NCBI GenBank assembly: GCA_001662655.1 | Contig: KV460218.1 | Source of the DNA: Pseudogymnoascus verrucosus | Lineage: Eukaryota | DNA: 64,000 nucleotides | Strand: one strand, 5' to 3' | Part shown: in pieces, positions 1 to 11,808 of the stretch | Layout: the number at the start of each line of letters is the position of its first letter | Position numbering within the stretch: the stretch's first letter is position 1 | Notes under the pieces: model-generated | Told to the model about the DNA's origin: nothing | The model's input: only the letters and a program-made list of their open reading frames with translations | Databases searched by the model: none | Position numbers and translations under genes: made by a program

Positions 1-20
1 GAAGATTGTGCTAATTCTAG

Positions 21-3000
21 GGCAGGAAATGCGCAAGGAAATGTGATACTATTCGAACCGTCGACGTCAGAACATATCTCGGCGAGGACGATAGACCAGG
101 TTCCAATTACTGCGCTTGCACCATCGGCGGATTGTCGGACATATGCCATTGGGTTTGTAACCCGGATCGGTTCGGAGGGCAATGGCTAACTTTTTCACAG
201 TTATCAAAATGGAAGCTTATTGATTGCTTCACTACAACCGCGATTTACCATACTACATAACTTAACTACCTCAAGAGCACCGTCTCCAATTGTCACCCTT
301 GCGTGGCACGCATCCTCCTCGCGGCAAAAATCGGACATGCTGGCAACTCAGACCCACGATGGTGACCTGCGCGTCTGGAGCATCGCGAAGTCGCCTTCGA
401 GTAATGACGCGGCCAAGGTCGTACGAGTTCTCAGGAGGAGTGAGAATTCTATACCGGGTCCGAACTGGCTCGCCTGGTCGAAAAACGGTCGCATTATCCA
501 GTATTCCGAGGGGTAAGAAACCCTTTTTTTTTAATCACGCACCTGTATGCGCGCGCTAAAAAACAAGTTTGCTGACTTATGAAACAATAGAGAGACATCA
601 TCATGGGATGTTCGGACGAAGAATGTCACATATGAGACTGTACCTACTCTGGAACATGTGAAAGGTATCGCTATCTACGGACCAGGGGCTACCCTTTTCA
701 CCCTTGGACGGAGTAACACGGCGCAGCAGTTCGATCTCAAGTCGCCCCCTGTGCTAGTAGCCAATGTCCAGCACCCGGCAAATCTCTTACCCCCCTCTCC
801 GCCTGTCTCCATCGAGGAGCAGCAGAAGGGCATAGTGGCGAGCTCAAGCTCCCTGTCGGAGATTCCAATCAATGTTGATGTCTCAGAGAGCGACGAGGAT
901 CACATGTCTCCGCTGGCAAGGATAGCGAGGGAGATGGACAAGCTGGAGGAGCGACAGCAGTACGGCCCTGACCGGAGTGGAACCCTGAGCCCCGCGTCGA
1001 GCGCCGCATCGTCGACGTCACGGTCCTCGGCAGGGTCTCGACCAGCCCGTCGACACGGCGGCTCCGTCTTATCCAAGGGCTATAGCGACCACACCCTCAT
1101 GTCGCCAGGGTCCTCCCTCCACTCCCGCGAGCCCTCCATCCTCTCCAGCCGCGACAGCTACTCTGTCAGCAGCGTGAGCTCCTCGCAGATGTCCGGCCGG
1201 TCTCGCCCTCGCGCCTCTCGCCTACGCCAGGAGGTCCTCCGTAGCCCCGAAGACAAGATCGTCGTCGACCTTTTCAAGTTCACCAAGAGCCGTCTCAGCG
1301 ACATCCCCTACGCACACCCACAGGTGCCCCAGAACAAGGGAATGTCTCACCACGAGCTGCGCCGCCAGATGCTCAATACGATCTTTGGGTGGAATGGTGA
1401 GGCGGATGATCTCGTTCGCGATGAGCTGAGTCGCCATCCGATGGGCTCCCCGAATCGGCTGCTGCTGACAAAGTGGCTGGGCGACATTGATACGGATATC
1501 ATGGCCACGAGCTCGGAGTCTATGACTGCCAGTGATTGGATGTTGCTTGCGCTCAGTGGGATTGGTGGGCAAACGTCGCAGCAGAAGGTAGCGCGAGCAT
1601 ACGTTCAGCGGCTACTAGAAAAGGGTGATGTGCACACGGCAGCAACGATCATGATTGGAATGGGCGACCAGAACGATGCCATCGAGATCTACGTCTCGCA
1701 CAAGTGCTATATGGAGGCGCTCATTCTTACGTGCATGGTGTACCCGGCTGATTGGGGTCGCCAGACTCAGTTACTCCGTAAATGGGGAGAGTGGGCCGTC
1801 CAGCATAGCCAGCAGCAGCTCGCCATCAGGTGTTTCTCGTGTACGGAAGAGTCGCCGGCTGAGTCGTCGTATGGGTCGCCCAACGCGCAATCCCTCACAT
1901 TCTCACCGCTCAACTCGAGTATTCCTGAGATGCTGAGCCCACCACTATCACCACCAGGTGTAGTTCCGCGCGGCCCGCAGCGCAATATGGCCAAGACTGC
2001 GGCGCTGAAGCTCGTAACAACATTCGGGGAGAAAGGTTCAACCAAGTCCAAGTTCTTTGGCGGGGAGGACGAGAGGACGCCAATGGGTAATGTTGGGACT
2101 CCGATCGCAGAGTCAGCACTATCGCCCAGCGGCGACGCATCAACTGCATTTCTCCGTCCTAGACAGCAGAGCACCCTGAACACCCCGGCGTCAGCACGAA
2201 CAGCTACACCCGGTGGATACCAGAGAAACCGATTGCCCTCCATCGGTGAGATGCCTACCGACGTAACGCCCATCATCAAGATGCCAACGGTCACCATGCC
2301 CACACCCCGCGACCAAACCGCCAACGACGCCATCGCCTACGCGCACGCACGCAAGTCTTCCCAACCCGAGACCATCCAGCTCAGTGCCACGACGTACCAG
2401 CCTACCTCGCGCGCTGCCACCGCGAGCCCCATGATGCAGCGCATGGTACGCACCGCGAATCCGCTGCCATCGCCCTCCCCGGACAACTTCACGGAGATCA
2501 AGAAAGAGAGCCGCGCGCGGAACGGGTCGAGGGGACGCAAACCCGATGGATTGCAGATTCAGTGGCCACCGATGGAGTCGATTATCACAGGGGATTATAT
2601 GACGACGCCTGAGTTGTCGGGGCCAAGTAGACGCGCGACGCCCTCAGCGAGGTCGGTTACAGGGTCGGTGAGCTCGGCGGGAGCATCGGCACGCAGCTAT
2701 AAGAGCCATGGCAGGGCTGGGGATGCGAGCCCTATGACAGGACGCAGTTTGGACCCTTATATCAGCAGCTTAGATTCCGCCACTCACTACGCCAAGCAGA
2801 AGGCCAAGCAGGAGCGCCAGGCGAGCCGTGACAAGAAGTCTCGCGGTCGTAGCAGCAGTGCCACGGGCAAGGGGCGCGATGCTTCGCTCGAGCGCGGAAG
2901 GAGTGGAGTGCGTTACATCAAGCCCGCCAAGCGCTCGCCGACCTCGCCAGTTCCCATGTCACCTGAGGATTTGCGCGATCTAGGCGCTATCGGTTTCGGT

Positions 3001-5145
3001 GATGAGCCAGACTCGTACTCCGTAACGTCCAGCAGGCAGAAAGGCCGCGATGGGAGCCAAGCCACCGCACGCCCAGGATCAAAATCCTCAAGCCGCATCC
3101 GTAGAATGTCTCCCGAACCCCTCAAGTTCACTGACAGTCGCCCGGGAAGCAGACTTGCAAACAGACAGGCAAGCCGCCGCGCGAGCCCCGACGCCAGCCT
3201 GAATGGGCGGGATGGTCGGGGAAGGAGCAAGGCCCGCGATGGGTCTCTGATGAGGTCTCCATCGTCGCCGCTGCCGATGTCGTCGGAGGCTGCGAAATAC
3301 CGCCGCGATGAAGACGATATGGATGATACCAGGTCAGCGTTCTCGAATAGAGAGCGCCAACGCTCTCGCCAGCGTAGTGCTTCGCGCCAACGTGAGCGGG
3401 CGTCGAGTCGTCAACCATCGCCAAGAAGGGAACGTAGGGATAGATCGACGAGCCGCCATACGAATGGGCGTAGCAGCACGAAGCCGGAGGACCAACAGCG
3501 TCGTAGACTCCGCAGCGTATCGCACGCACGCGCCTCGTCGGATTTGAAGGTCGGTGACTTGTCGCAAATTAAGACGGAGCGCCAGCTCAAGAAGGAGGCC
3601 GCAGCGCGAGAACTTGAAGAGCGACGCCGCTCCCTAGCTCGCCGGCCCTCCGCACCACCCATCCTTCACCCAGAGCAGCTATCCCCGCCTTTGCCGCGAC
3701 CAAACTCGCGCTCCGAGTTCCTGCGCAGCTCGACGTACCCGTCACCCCGTGACCTGCCACCGCGCAGTCAAACAGTCGATCCCGAGATGCAGCGCGGGTC
3801 ACCCCGTGGGTCTCCGTACATGTATGGCCACAACCGCTCGCAGTCTACTGTGCACCAGTCGCCGACATCCGTCGCGATTGGGCTACCAGCCACGCCAAAG
3901 GCGATGCAGCACCCGAAATTCGACCCAGAAGGCAAGGACGTTCCGGACGTCCCACAGATTCCAGAGAGCTACTCGCCCATCCCACAACTCTCAATGGGCA
4001 GTCTCAACGCCATGGCCTACGCTCCGGTTGAGGACTATGCGCCACTCCCACAAACTACATTTGCCCCTCTCCCAAAAACTACCTACCAAGCTGGCCCCCG
4101 CCACATCCCCCCGCGCAGCATGTCCGCCCCCATCCCCGAGGAACCAATCTCCCCGCGCGCTCTCCCCTCCGCACTCCCTACTCACCCGGCTTTCCACGCC
4201 GCCCTACCCCCCTCCGCACGCCGCCTCAACAACCCCTTACAAGACTATCGCGCTTCCAATGCCCCGGCAGCCCGCAAGGTAAACCCTAGCACCGACGCCA
4301 CCCCAGGGACTCTCGGGTACGGCACTTACGGTATGGGCGGGATCGACGCCGCATTGCACTCTGGCCCGGGGTCTAACAACATGATCCCCCCTCCGCCTCC
4401 ACCACCTCCCGCGCCACCGATCCTCAGGGAGTTGATGCATCTTGCGCAACCCCCTCCTCCACCGCCAGCGCCACTTTACCGCTACGGCGCAGCGGCGGAC
4501 ACGAATTCCCTCGTTTCGGGGGTAAGCCTAACGAGTTCGGGGAGCGGAGTTATTGAGATCGTGATGGACGATGAGGATGCCTCACCAGAGCACTCGCCGA
4601 AGCACTCTCCGAAGCACTCGCCGAAGCATATCCCTCACTCCCACCAGCACCCGCCTCCACCACCGCCACCTCCTGCTCCTCCAGCACCGGCGGCAGCGAT
4701 GCAGCAAGTGCCCCAGCCAGGGGGCCCACCGGTGTCCATGATGCGCCACTCCGTAGCTCAGTCCCTCGATGGACCTGCGCGGGGCCACAACCGCGGTAGA
4801 TCGGGAAATGATAACTCCCTCAGTGGCCGCATCCGCAGTGCCACCGAGCGCATGCGCAGCGCGTCCCGTGGCAGGAATGGGCAGAATGAAAAGAATGGGA
4901 GGACAATGAGTCCACCGATGGAGGTGAGTCCGTATGAGAGCTTGGCGCCCCAGGCGTGGGAGGGGCCGGGAGGTGGACAGGGGAGAAAGATGAGTTTGGG
5001 TGCGCAGGGAGGAGAGAGGATGATGGGTTTGGGCACGCCGGGTGGAGAGAGGAAGATGAGCGATGGTGGGATACAGGGGGAGAGGCGGGTGGAGAGGCAC
5101 CCGAGGGAGGTGGCGTCGAGTATGATGGAGGGGGGAATGATTTAG
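21..5145 (+). CDS. WD40-repeat protein with a central helical (Gemin5-like TPR) region and a long low-complexity Ser/Arg/Pro-rich C-terminus; 5' end lies outside the window
   Basis: Exons 21-152, 201-512, 591-5145 join in frame (introns 153-200 and 513-590, GT..CTRAC..AG). WD-like segments (IVTLAWH..LATQTHDGDLRVWSI; WLAWSKNGRIIQY; SSWDVRTK) and a helical segment LLEKGDVHTAATIMIGMGDQNDAIEIY. The Gemin5-like label is recalled, not searched. Confidence 0.8.
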
Positions 5146-6092
5146 GTGCAAGGCACAAATGAGCCGCCACGCATCGACCGAATCTCCGTCGGTCCGCCAA
5201 CCAGTCCCTCAATTTTATCCGCGCCGCATAGCTCGATCGATCGGATCATTCGTACATACTTCTTCTCAGCGAGCGACGGGTTATTTTTGATACCTTTTTT
5301 CTTCACTCACCCCAGCCTTTGAGCACAGGGGTGACGAACGACATTTATGACATATACCTTCTTGGAGATGGAGAGTTTATAGAGCGGGTGGGTTGGTGAT
5401 TGTACCTTTTTTTTTTTGAGCGACAGGAGTGAAATCGATGGACAAAAGCACGCACAAGTTCAAGGACGAGGCAAGGCAGAGTCAGAGTCATTGGGATTGG
5501 ATAGGAGGCGAAGGGAAATGGGGGAATTTATATATCGTTACAGGGGACTGCCTCACGGCAAAGAAGACTTCTTCTGGGGGGTGTTTACAGTTGGGGCTTT
5601 TCTTTGCTGGTGGATGATGGGATTTATTTTGGTAGGAATGGGGGAGTATAGTAGCGTAGTGTGATTAGTTGCTAATTTGAGGCGTTTTTTTGTGAACTGT
5701 TGTGTTGTTAGTGTGATATGATGTCTTCGAAGGGTTGAACGGCCCTTTGGTAGTTGATACCTTGCTACTCTAACCCCCACCGAAATTTACAAGGCAAGGC
5801 CAGAAAAGTATATAATCAGGTTGAGAACTAAAGCTAGCTATATGTTATTTCGATAAGCATATCTAGAAGCTTCATAAACATCATAAAAAATTGATTGTTA
5901 GTTTCCGTTACCGCAACCGCCTCACAGATGTCGTGATAGAGGCACGTGGGGTGGGGTGCTGTGGCTAATCTCCACCAGGAGCCAAGCCAAGACGAAGGAA
6001 CGGAACGATAACGACTGGCTATGTGACTGGTAAAACTCAGTCTCTCAACGCTTTGTTAGGCAAAATTCTTTGCCTACAGCGATTGTCTCAAT

Positions 6093-7802
6093 ATGTCGTC
6101 CTCCATATTGCTGACGCTGCGGAAGGCCGGTCAGCATCTCGGTGTTGACCCATCCAAGATGGCAGGCCCGGTGCGAGAGATGCTTTACCGGAACTGGTAC
6201 CTGGGGTTCACGTGTTTTGGAGGACCGGCAGTTCATTTTCAAATCGTGAGAATTCTACTGTCAATCTGTAATTCATATGAGCCGAGCTGATGCGAGTGTA
6301 GTTTCGGGATTTATTCGTGGACAAGTATCAATGGATCGATGATCAGATGGTGAGGAGTCTCGTCGCAAACGCCCCTATTTATCAGCTGACCTAACGCTCT
6401 CATAGTATAAGGAGATGTTTTCGTTGTGTCAGGCTCTGCCAGGACCGGGGAGCACGAAGATGATCTATGCCATAAATCTCATACATGGTGGGTTTATAGC
6501 CGGCATTCTCTCATTCTTCGTCTGGAGGTATGGATACATATTGAATGCGGTTGCCAAAGAGCAAGGCTGACAAGCTCCAGTCTTCCCGGTGCCATTGCTG
6601 CATACGGTCTCGCAATAGGTGTGAGCAAGATTAATGATACACTGCCAGCGCCAGTATACGCCCTCCTCTCCGGTTTGAACGCTGCCACTGTTGGGATTAT
6701 CGCTCTCGCAGCTGTGCAGCTCTCCCAGAAAGCCATCACTGACAAGTTAACGAGGATATTGGTATTCCTGGGCGGCAGCGCGGGAATGCTATATAATGCG
6801 CTCTGGTACTTCCCCGTCTTGATGATTCTGGGGGGATGCGCGACTATTTTCTGGGATTATAGATGGGGACACACAGCTGTCAAGGCTGTCAAAGCAGGTG
6901 TCTTTGGACCACGGGATCAGTCAAATGTTGACAACGAGGAACAGCAAGTTAGCGACCAGGTGGAGCTACAGGACATTTCGCAGTCCCGCCATGATTCAAT
7001 CAAGGACTCCTCGACATTGCGCAGAGCGCCAGGAAGAACGTCACTGGCGGAATCCTCTCCAGAGAACATACAAGACCAACCCACAGAAGACGATACCGCG
7101 CGCACCGTCCCCGCAAACCTAGAATTTCGCGTCTTCTCCTGGAAACTCGGTGCACTCATCACCGCCCTCTTCTTCACCACTTTCATCGCCATCATGGTCC
7201 TCCGCGGCACCCTCACTTCTCCTCCCATCGGTTTCAGCCTCTTCTCCAACCTCTACCTCGCCGGCACCATCATCTTCGGCGGCGGACCCGTCGTCATTCC
7301 TCTCCTACGCGAATACGTTGTCGCCGAGGGCTGGGTTTCCCCCCGCGACTTCCTCCTTGGCCTTGCCATCTGCCAGGCCTTCCCGGGGCCAAACTTCAAC
7401 TTCGCCGTCTATCTCGGTGCGCTCGCCGTGGCGGCGCATATGAACCCCGCTGCGGGCGCCGTCCTCGGGTACGTGGCGATATTTACCCCGGGAATCGTGT
7501 TGCATACGGGCACCATGGGATTATGGAAGGTGCTCCGTGGCTATCGATGGTTCACGTCGGGGCTGAGGGGCGTGAATGCCGTGGCGGTGGGACTCGTCTA
7601 TACGGCGGTTTATAGGTTGTGGGAGCAGGGGTTTTTGAGCGAGAAGTTTACGTCGGGGTCGTCGCTGGGGTTGGATCCGTGGTGGGTGGTTGTGACGGCG
7701 ACGTCTTTTGTGGGGGGTAGGTGGTTTAATGTGTCGCCTCCAGTGGCTATTATCTTAGGAGGAGTTATGGGGATGGTTTGGTATGGTGTGGTATCTTCAT
7801 AG
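6093..7802 (+). CDS. Chromate ion transporter (CHR family, two-domain long-chain type)
   Basis: Exons 6093-6245, 6302-6349, 6406-6527, 6581-7802. Duplicated CHR motifs: LGFTCFGGPAVH / CQALPGP in the N-half and IIFGGGPVVIPLL / CQAFPGP in the C-half; many hydrophobic helices. Confidence 0.92.
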
Positions 7803-8767
7803 GTTGTCGCTGGCAGGCGTGATGCCTTTACTGTTGCTGTGCAGTCAACATGTAGATTTGTATAGGATATGATAGACTAGACATTGCTCTTTGAGTATGG
7901 GAAAAAATGCTGGGATATTCTGACAACCTTAGATATGCTGTGAAACGGGCTTAGATGTTCTACTTAAGGACCTCAAACTTCATGGATGCATTCCAGCCGA
8001 CAAAGTAGGGTTTGGGAAGACCAAACAATCCCTCCTCATCGGCCTGTTGCATTTGATTCTGCATACAAAAATGAACAAGGAGCCTCTGGCAAAGCTTCTA
8101 GGACGGCCGAATGCCGCTGTCATCGCCGTTCAGTGTTGTTACTGTTGAGTGATCCTGTCGTCGACTGGTCCTGTCAACAACTGATATTGTCGCCGAGCAA
8201 CCCAGCCCAGTGGTTTTGCTACTTAGTTATCTGCCGTTGGGAGAGACCATGCAAGCTAGCGATCTTTATCACTTTGTGCCACAGAAACTAGGCGGTCGCG
8301 TCAGTTATTTATGATTGTTGACATTCCAGTCTTTTTTCAGCAGAGTGTTTATATTTATAGTAGATGAAAATGAAGCCTTGGGTCTCGTATGTACAAACCA
8401 CGGGAGGGCTCAACTGGGTGTGCCAAAGCAAGATGGCTTTTCTCGACTCTAAGGCTTCCTATGGCTGGTTTGGTAACTGTCGAAGACATGGGTCATGCTC
8501 GATATTCACATTTTAACTCCCACAACGCCCTGGCTGTTATGTCCCTATTGGCGATAGCGATTGGATAACGATGTAGAACTGGAAGGGAGCAGACATAGCA
8601 AGTATTAAACCAAAAAATATACTGAGTTTTCGAATGTAAAAGGTAATGTTAATAGTGTCTCACTGTTCGTCTCGTCCTTCAGAATATGAGGTTAAGCCCG
8701 CAAGTATGACATGTATGGATCTTGTTATATGTATATATACCGGTCTAGTTCTCCAATAATCAAAATA

Positions 8768-8867
8768 GGCACTTTGGCGGAGTGGTTAACGCGATGCCCT
8801 GCTATCTACATCACGTGGAAGTCAGGCATTTCCTTCGGGAGCGAGTGTTCGAATCACTCAGGTGTCG
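8768..8867 (+). tRNA. tRNA-Ser(GCT) with a 19-nt intron (8805-8823)
   Basis: Acceptor stem GGCACTT/AGGTGTC, D-arm TGGCGGAGTGGTTAACGC, anticodon stem ATGCC/GGCAT around CT-GCT-A, intron one base 3' of the anticodon, long variable arm TCCTTCGGGA, T-arm GAGTG-TTCGAAT-CACTC. Confidence 0.95.
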
Positions 8868-8869
8868 TA

Positions 8870-8887
8870 TTTTTTATATTTTTTTTT
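8870..8887 (+). terminator. RNA polymerase III oligo-T terminator of the tRNA gene
   Basis: T6 run then a T9 run starting 3 nt after the tRNA discriminator base. Confidence 0.8.
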
Positions 8888-9306
8888 GTCATTTATTCCG
8901 AGCGTTTAATTGCACGGAGGTCATCGGATGTTCTTCGGACAAGCTTTCTGCCAATCCAGAGCTCGTTTGGATGTTGCAAGCTTGTGGTGTTCGTGTTGTC
9001 GTTGACATGGTGTTTGTGCGGGGTAATATAGTAGGATTGTAATTGCTCAGAACGCGATGTTCGGATATCAGCAACTCTCGCCCATCTATTGAATACGGTA
9101 AGTCGTTTGATTATTTTCGATTTCTAAATAACATACAGGACAAATGAAGCATTCAATAACTAGTTTGTGGCATACCCTTTGTTGAATCCTGTGGCCGTTA
9201 CTTATGTGCAGCATTCCCATGCGGTCTTACAGCGGGGCTAGGCTCCTACTCTGACATCCCTCATGAGTGAGGCTGATGAAGGTTTCTGACGCAGTCACTC
9301 ACGATC

Positions 9307-9440
9307 ATTAGTCACTCACAATCATTGCATCTAGCCCAGTCACTTATAACCATCACACCTAACCCAGTTACTCACATTCATCACATCCAGCCCAGTCGCT
9401 CACACTCGTCCCATCCAACCCAGTCACTCCCAAAGCCAAC
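9307..9440. repeat. Degenerate 28-bp tandem repeat (about 5 copies) abutting the start codon at 9441
   Basis: Units begin at 9307, 9335, 9363, 9391 and 9419; core (CCC)AGTCACTCACA..CATC. Confidence 0.8.
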
Positions 9441-10748
9441 ATGAGTTCCAAACACCCACCCCCATCCCTCACGCCCTCAAATCTCAAACAGCCCCCCCTC
9501 GCCTTCCTGCGCTTCACAGGCTCTTCCTACCCCCTCCACCTCACCCGCGTCCTCCCCCTCCTCGGCAGCGACCCCCGAGCGTACTATCTCAACACGCCTC
9601 TCACCAGCCCCGCGCCCATCATCAGCGCCTCACCCTTCGTTCCGCACTCTCTAATCGCCCACCTCATGCGTCGCAAGAACGATAGCGCACTCGCTATCAA
9701 GTTCGCCCCCGGCCGGAAGGGCGTAATCACCAATATGGAGGGGGTGCTGCACACTTTCGTCACGCCGCTTGTGGTGGCGTTGATGCATGGGGATTATCGC
9801 TACCTGGGCGGTCACTATGTGGAGGAGTTCCCGTTGGTGGATGGAAGACAGTCGGCGAGGAGGGTGGTGGTTAGTGCGGCGGTGCAGATGGATTTTGAGT
9901 TTAATAGTGTGATGATGGAGGCCTGTCGGGTGGAGGTTGGGGAGGTCGTAGGGCGGGAGTTGGGGCCTGACTGGAGGATTTTGGGAGATCAGGATAAGTG
10001 GGAGAGGAGGGGGTTGGAGAAGTACGAGGATGGGCTTAAGAGCCACTTGGTGGCTAACCTGGTGACTTCGAAGAAGCTACCCCCTTATAAGGTGGTTAAG
10101 GATAAGGCTCTCAGCGATGCGGCAACGATTGAGTTCCTCGAGCGCCATATTCGAGATGGGTATTCGTCGCCAGTGGATTTCCACAATGTGTTTGCAGTGG
10201 TTGGGTCTCCGAAGAAGACTGTCGTTTCGCTGGAGTTTCTCTACAATACGGCTGTGCACCAGCTCCGAAATGAGTTATCCGCCCTAGAAGTCGCCTGCCC
10301 TCAAGGCTATATTTACACCTCTGACCCGCCATCTATCTTCGTCCAGGCCCTCGGAGGGGCAAAGATCGTTAATAGACTCCAGTTCGCCGCTCTCAAGCAT
10401 CTGGCATCTACGAGCAAGTATGAGAAGTTTGTCAATATGAAGTGCTTTGCGTTCAACGACTACTCTGATAACGGTGCGATTGAGCTGCTGAAAGAGGCAC
10501 TACGGACTCAGCGCCACGTTATTGTGTTACCGAAGGCGAAGCTGTTTAGGGGTCCAAAGGGCCGGTATGAACCTGGAGAGGAACTGGAAGACGGGTTACT
10601 GGTAGTGCATAATAACAGCGATGCCTTTGGTCAGAACATTGAGACTGAGTTCGCGACGGGGAGCTTGGATGGGGCGATTGGGGCGTCGACTAGTGCTGCT
10701 GCGTCGTTGATGAGGGACCGAAAGGACCTGCTGGATTGGGTTTTGTGA
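9441..10748 (+). CDS. Intronless hypothetical protein (435 aa), globular alpha/beta-like composition
   Basis: Long ATG-initiated ORF with good context (GCCAAC ATG) and normal amino-acid usage. A diverged paralogous fragment at 30158-30285 differs mainly by synonymous changes, supporting coding status. Confidence 0.8.
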   Translation: MSSKHPPPSLTPSNLKQPPLAFLRFTGSSYPLHLTRVLPLLGSDPRAYYLNTPLTSPAPIISASPFVPHSLIAHLMRRKNDSALAIKFAPGRKGVITNMEGVLHTFVTPLVVALMHGDYRYLGGHYVEEFPLVDGRQSARRVVVSAAVQMDFEFNSVMMEACRVEVGEVVGRELGPDWRILGDQDKWERRGLEKYEDGLKSHLVANLVTSKKLPPYKVVKDKALSDAATIEFLERHIRDGYSSPVDFHNVFAVVGSPKKTVVSLEFLYNTAVHQLRNELSALEVACPQGYIYTSDPPSIFVQALGGAKIVNRLQFAALKHLASTSKYEKFVNMKCFAFNDYSDNGAIELLKEALRTQRHVIVLPKAKLFRGPKGRYEPGEELEDGLLVVHNNSDAFGQNIETEFATGSLDGAIGASTSAAASLMRDRKDLLDWVL

Positions 10749-11808
10749 GACGGACGGATGGACAGTGATACTTTAGTTTTTGAGGGTGTTTTCATCGGAG
10801 GTTCGGTTTTAAAGCGTCGTTAGGGATTTGTTTTTAAGGTTGTGCTTTGTTCTGCCACTATCTATCACTTGATGCGTGCGGTTGAGACACGAGGAGGTGG
10901 TCTAGCCAATGGAGGACCCTCGTTGACATTTTGGCTGGGTTTATGGGTTTAGGGACTATTCATATGACATAGACGCTTAGTTACTGTTCTTTTTGCGTTC
11001 TCATCACAACTACTCATAGAGATCAGCGAGTAGAGAGTCATCTAAGTTGTGCTTATTCGGTGATGGAAACTACCTGATTCATTTAGCAGATACTGGCTGA
11101 ATATCGTTGGATGTTAGTTGACGGTCAGCCGCGATTACTCAGCATACCCAAATATCGTATTGAACAGGTTCCATTTATTGTTTGTAGAGTGTTTGTAGTG
11201 TTTGTAGAGATATACCGTTATAGAGCCGTAGGATGGCGTGGCTGGTACGTAGATTCCTAGATTCTTCCTACTCCACACTATCGAATTCACCCTATTCGTA
11301 CGTATTGTACGTATGTCTATGTATGTATCTCTGCAGAGACCCCATACTCCGTACAAATTTATCACCAAAACTCCAAACTCCAAACTCCGACCTATCGTAC
11401 CTGTATTACCCATTGCCACTGGACTCGTAATGATACATATTGTACCATAATCTCAAAATAGCGACACAGTTAACTGGCTGGGAAATGTCAGCGCTGTCCT
11501 CCGTATTTCTCCCCCCCAATCCATCTCCTCTGCGCCACCTTGGAATACATATCCGCCCCACCCGCCTTCCCCAGCGCCGGGACCAAGAAGCCGGGGCCTG
11601 ATTATCAACCAACCATCCTCCCCATTGAAACATAACGAACGACGACCAACCCACCGAAAATCCCCTCTCCAACCTCACCACCACCATAGAGTAACGCAGC
11701 ATTCAACTCAGCTGCAGATACTCTTTGGTGATGACCGCCCTCCTACACTTCAACACGTCGACACCGGGGTCTCCACCGAACGAGAAGCGGACCTTCTCTG
11801 GCCTCCCC

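Noticed and set aside
8711..9074. Short ORFs overlapping the tRNA gene
   Set aside because: Explained by the tRNA-Ser locus; no coding features.
11485..11601. 38-codon upstream ORF before the kinase gene
   Set aside because: May lie upstream of the transcription start; no evidence for translation or conservation from sequence alone.
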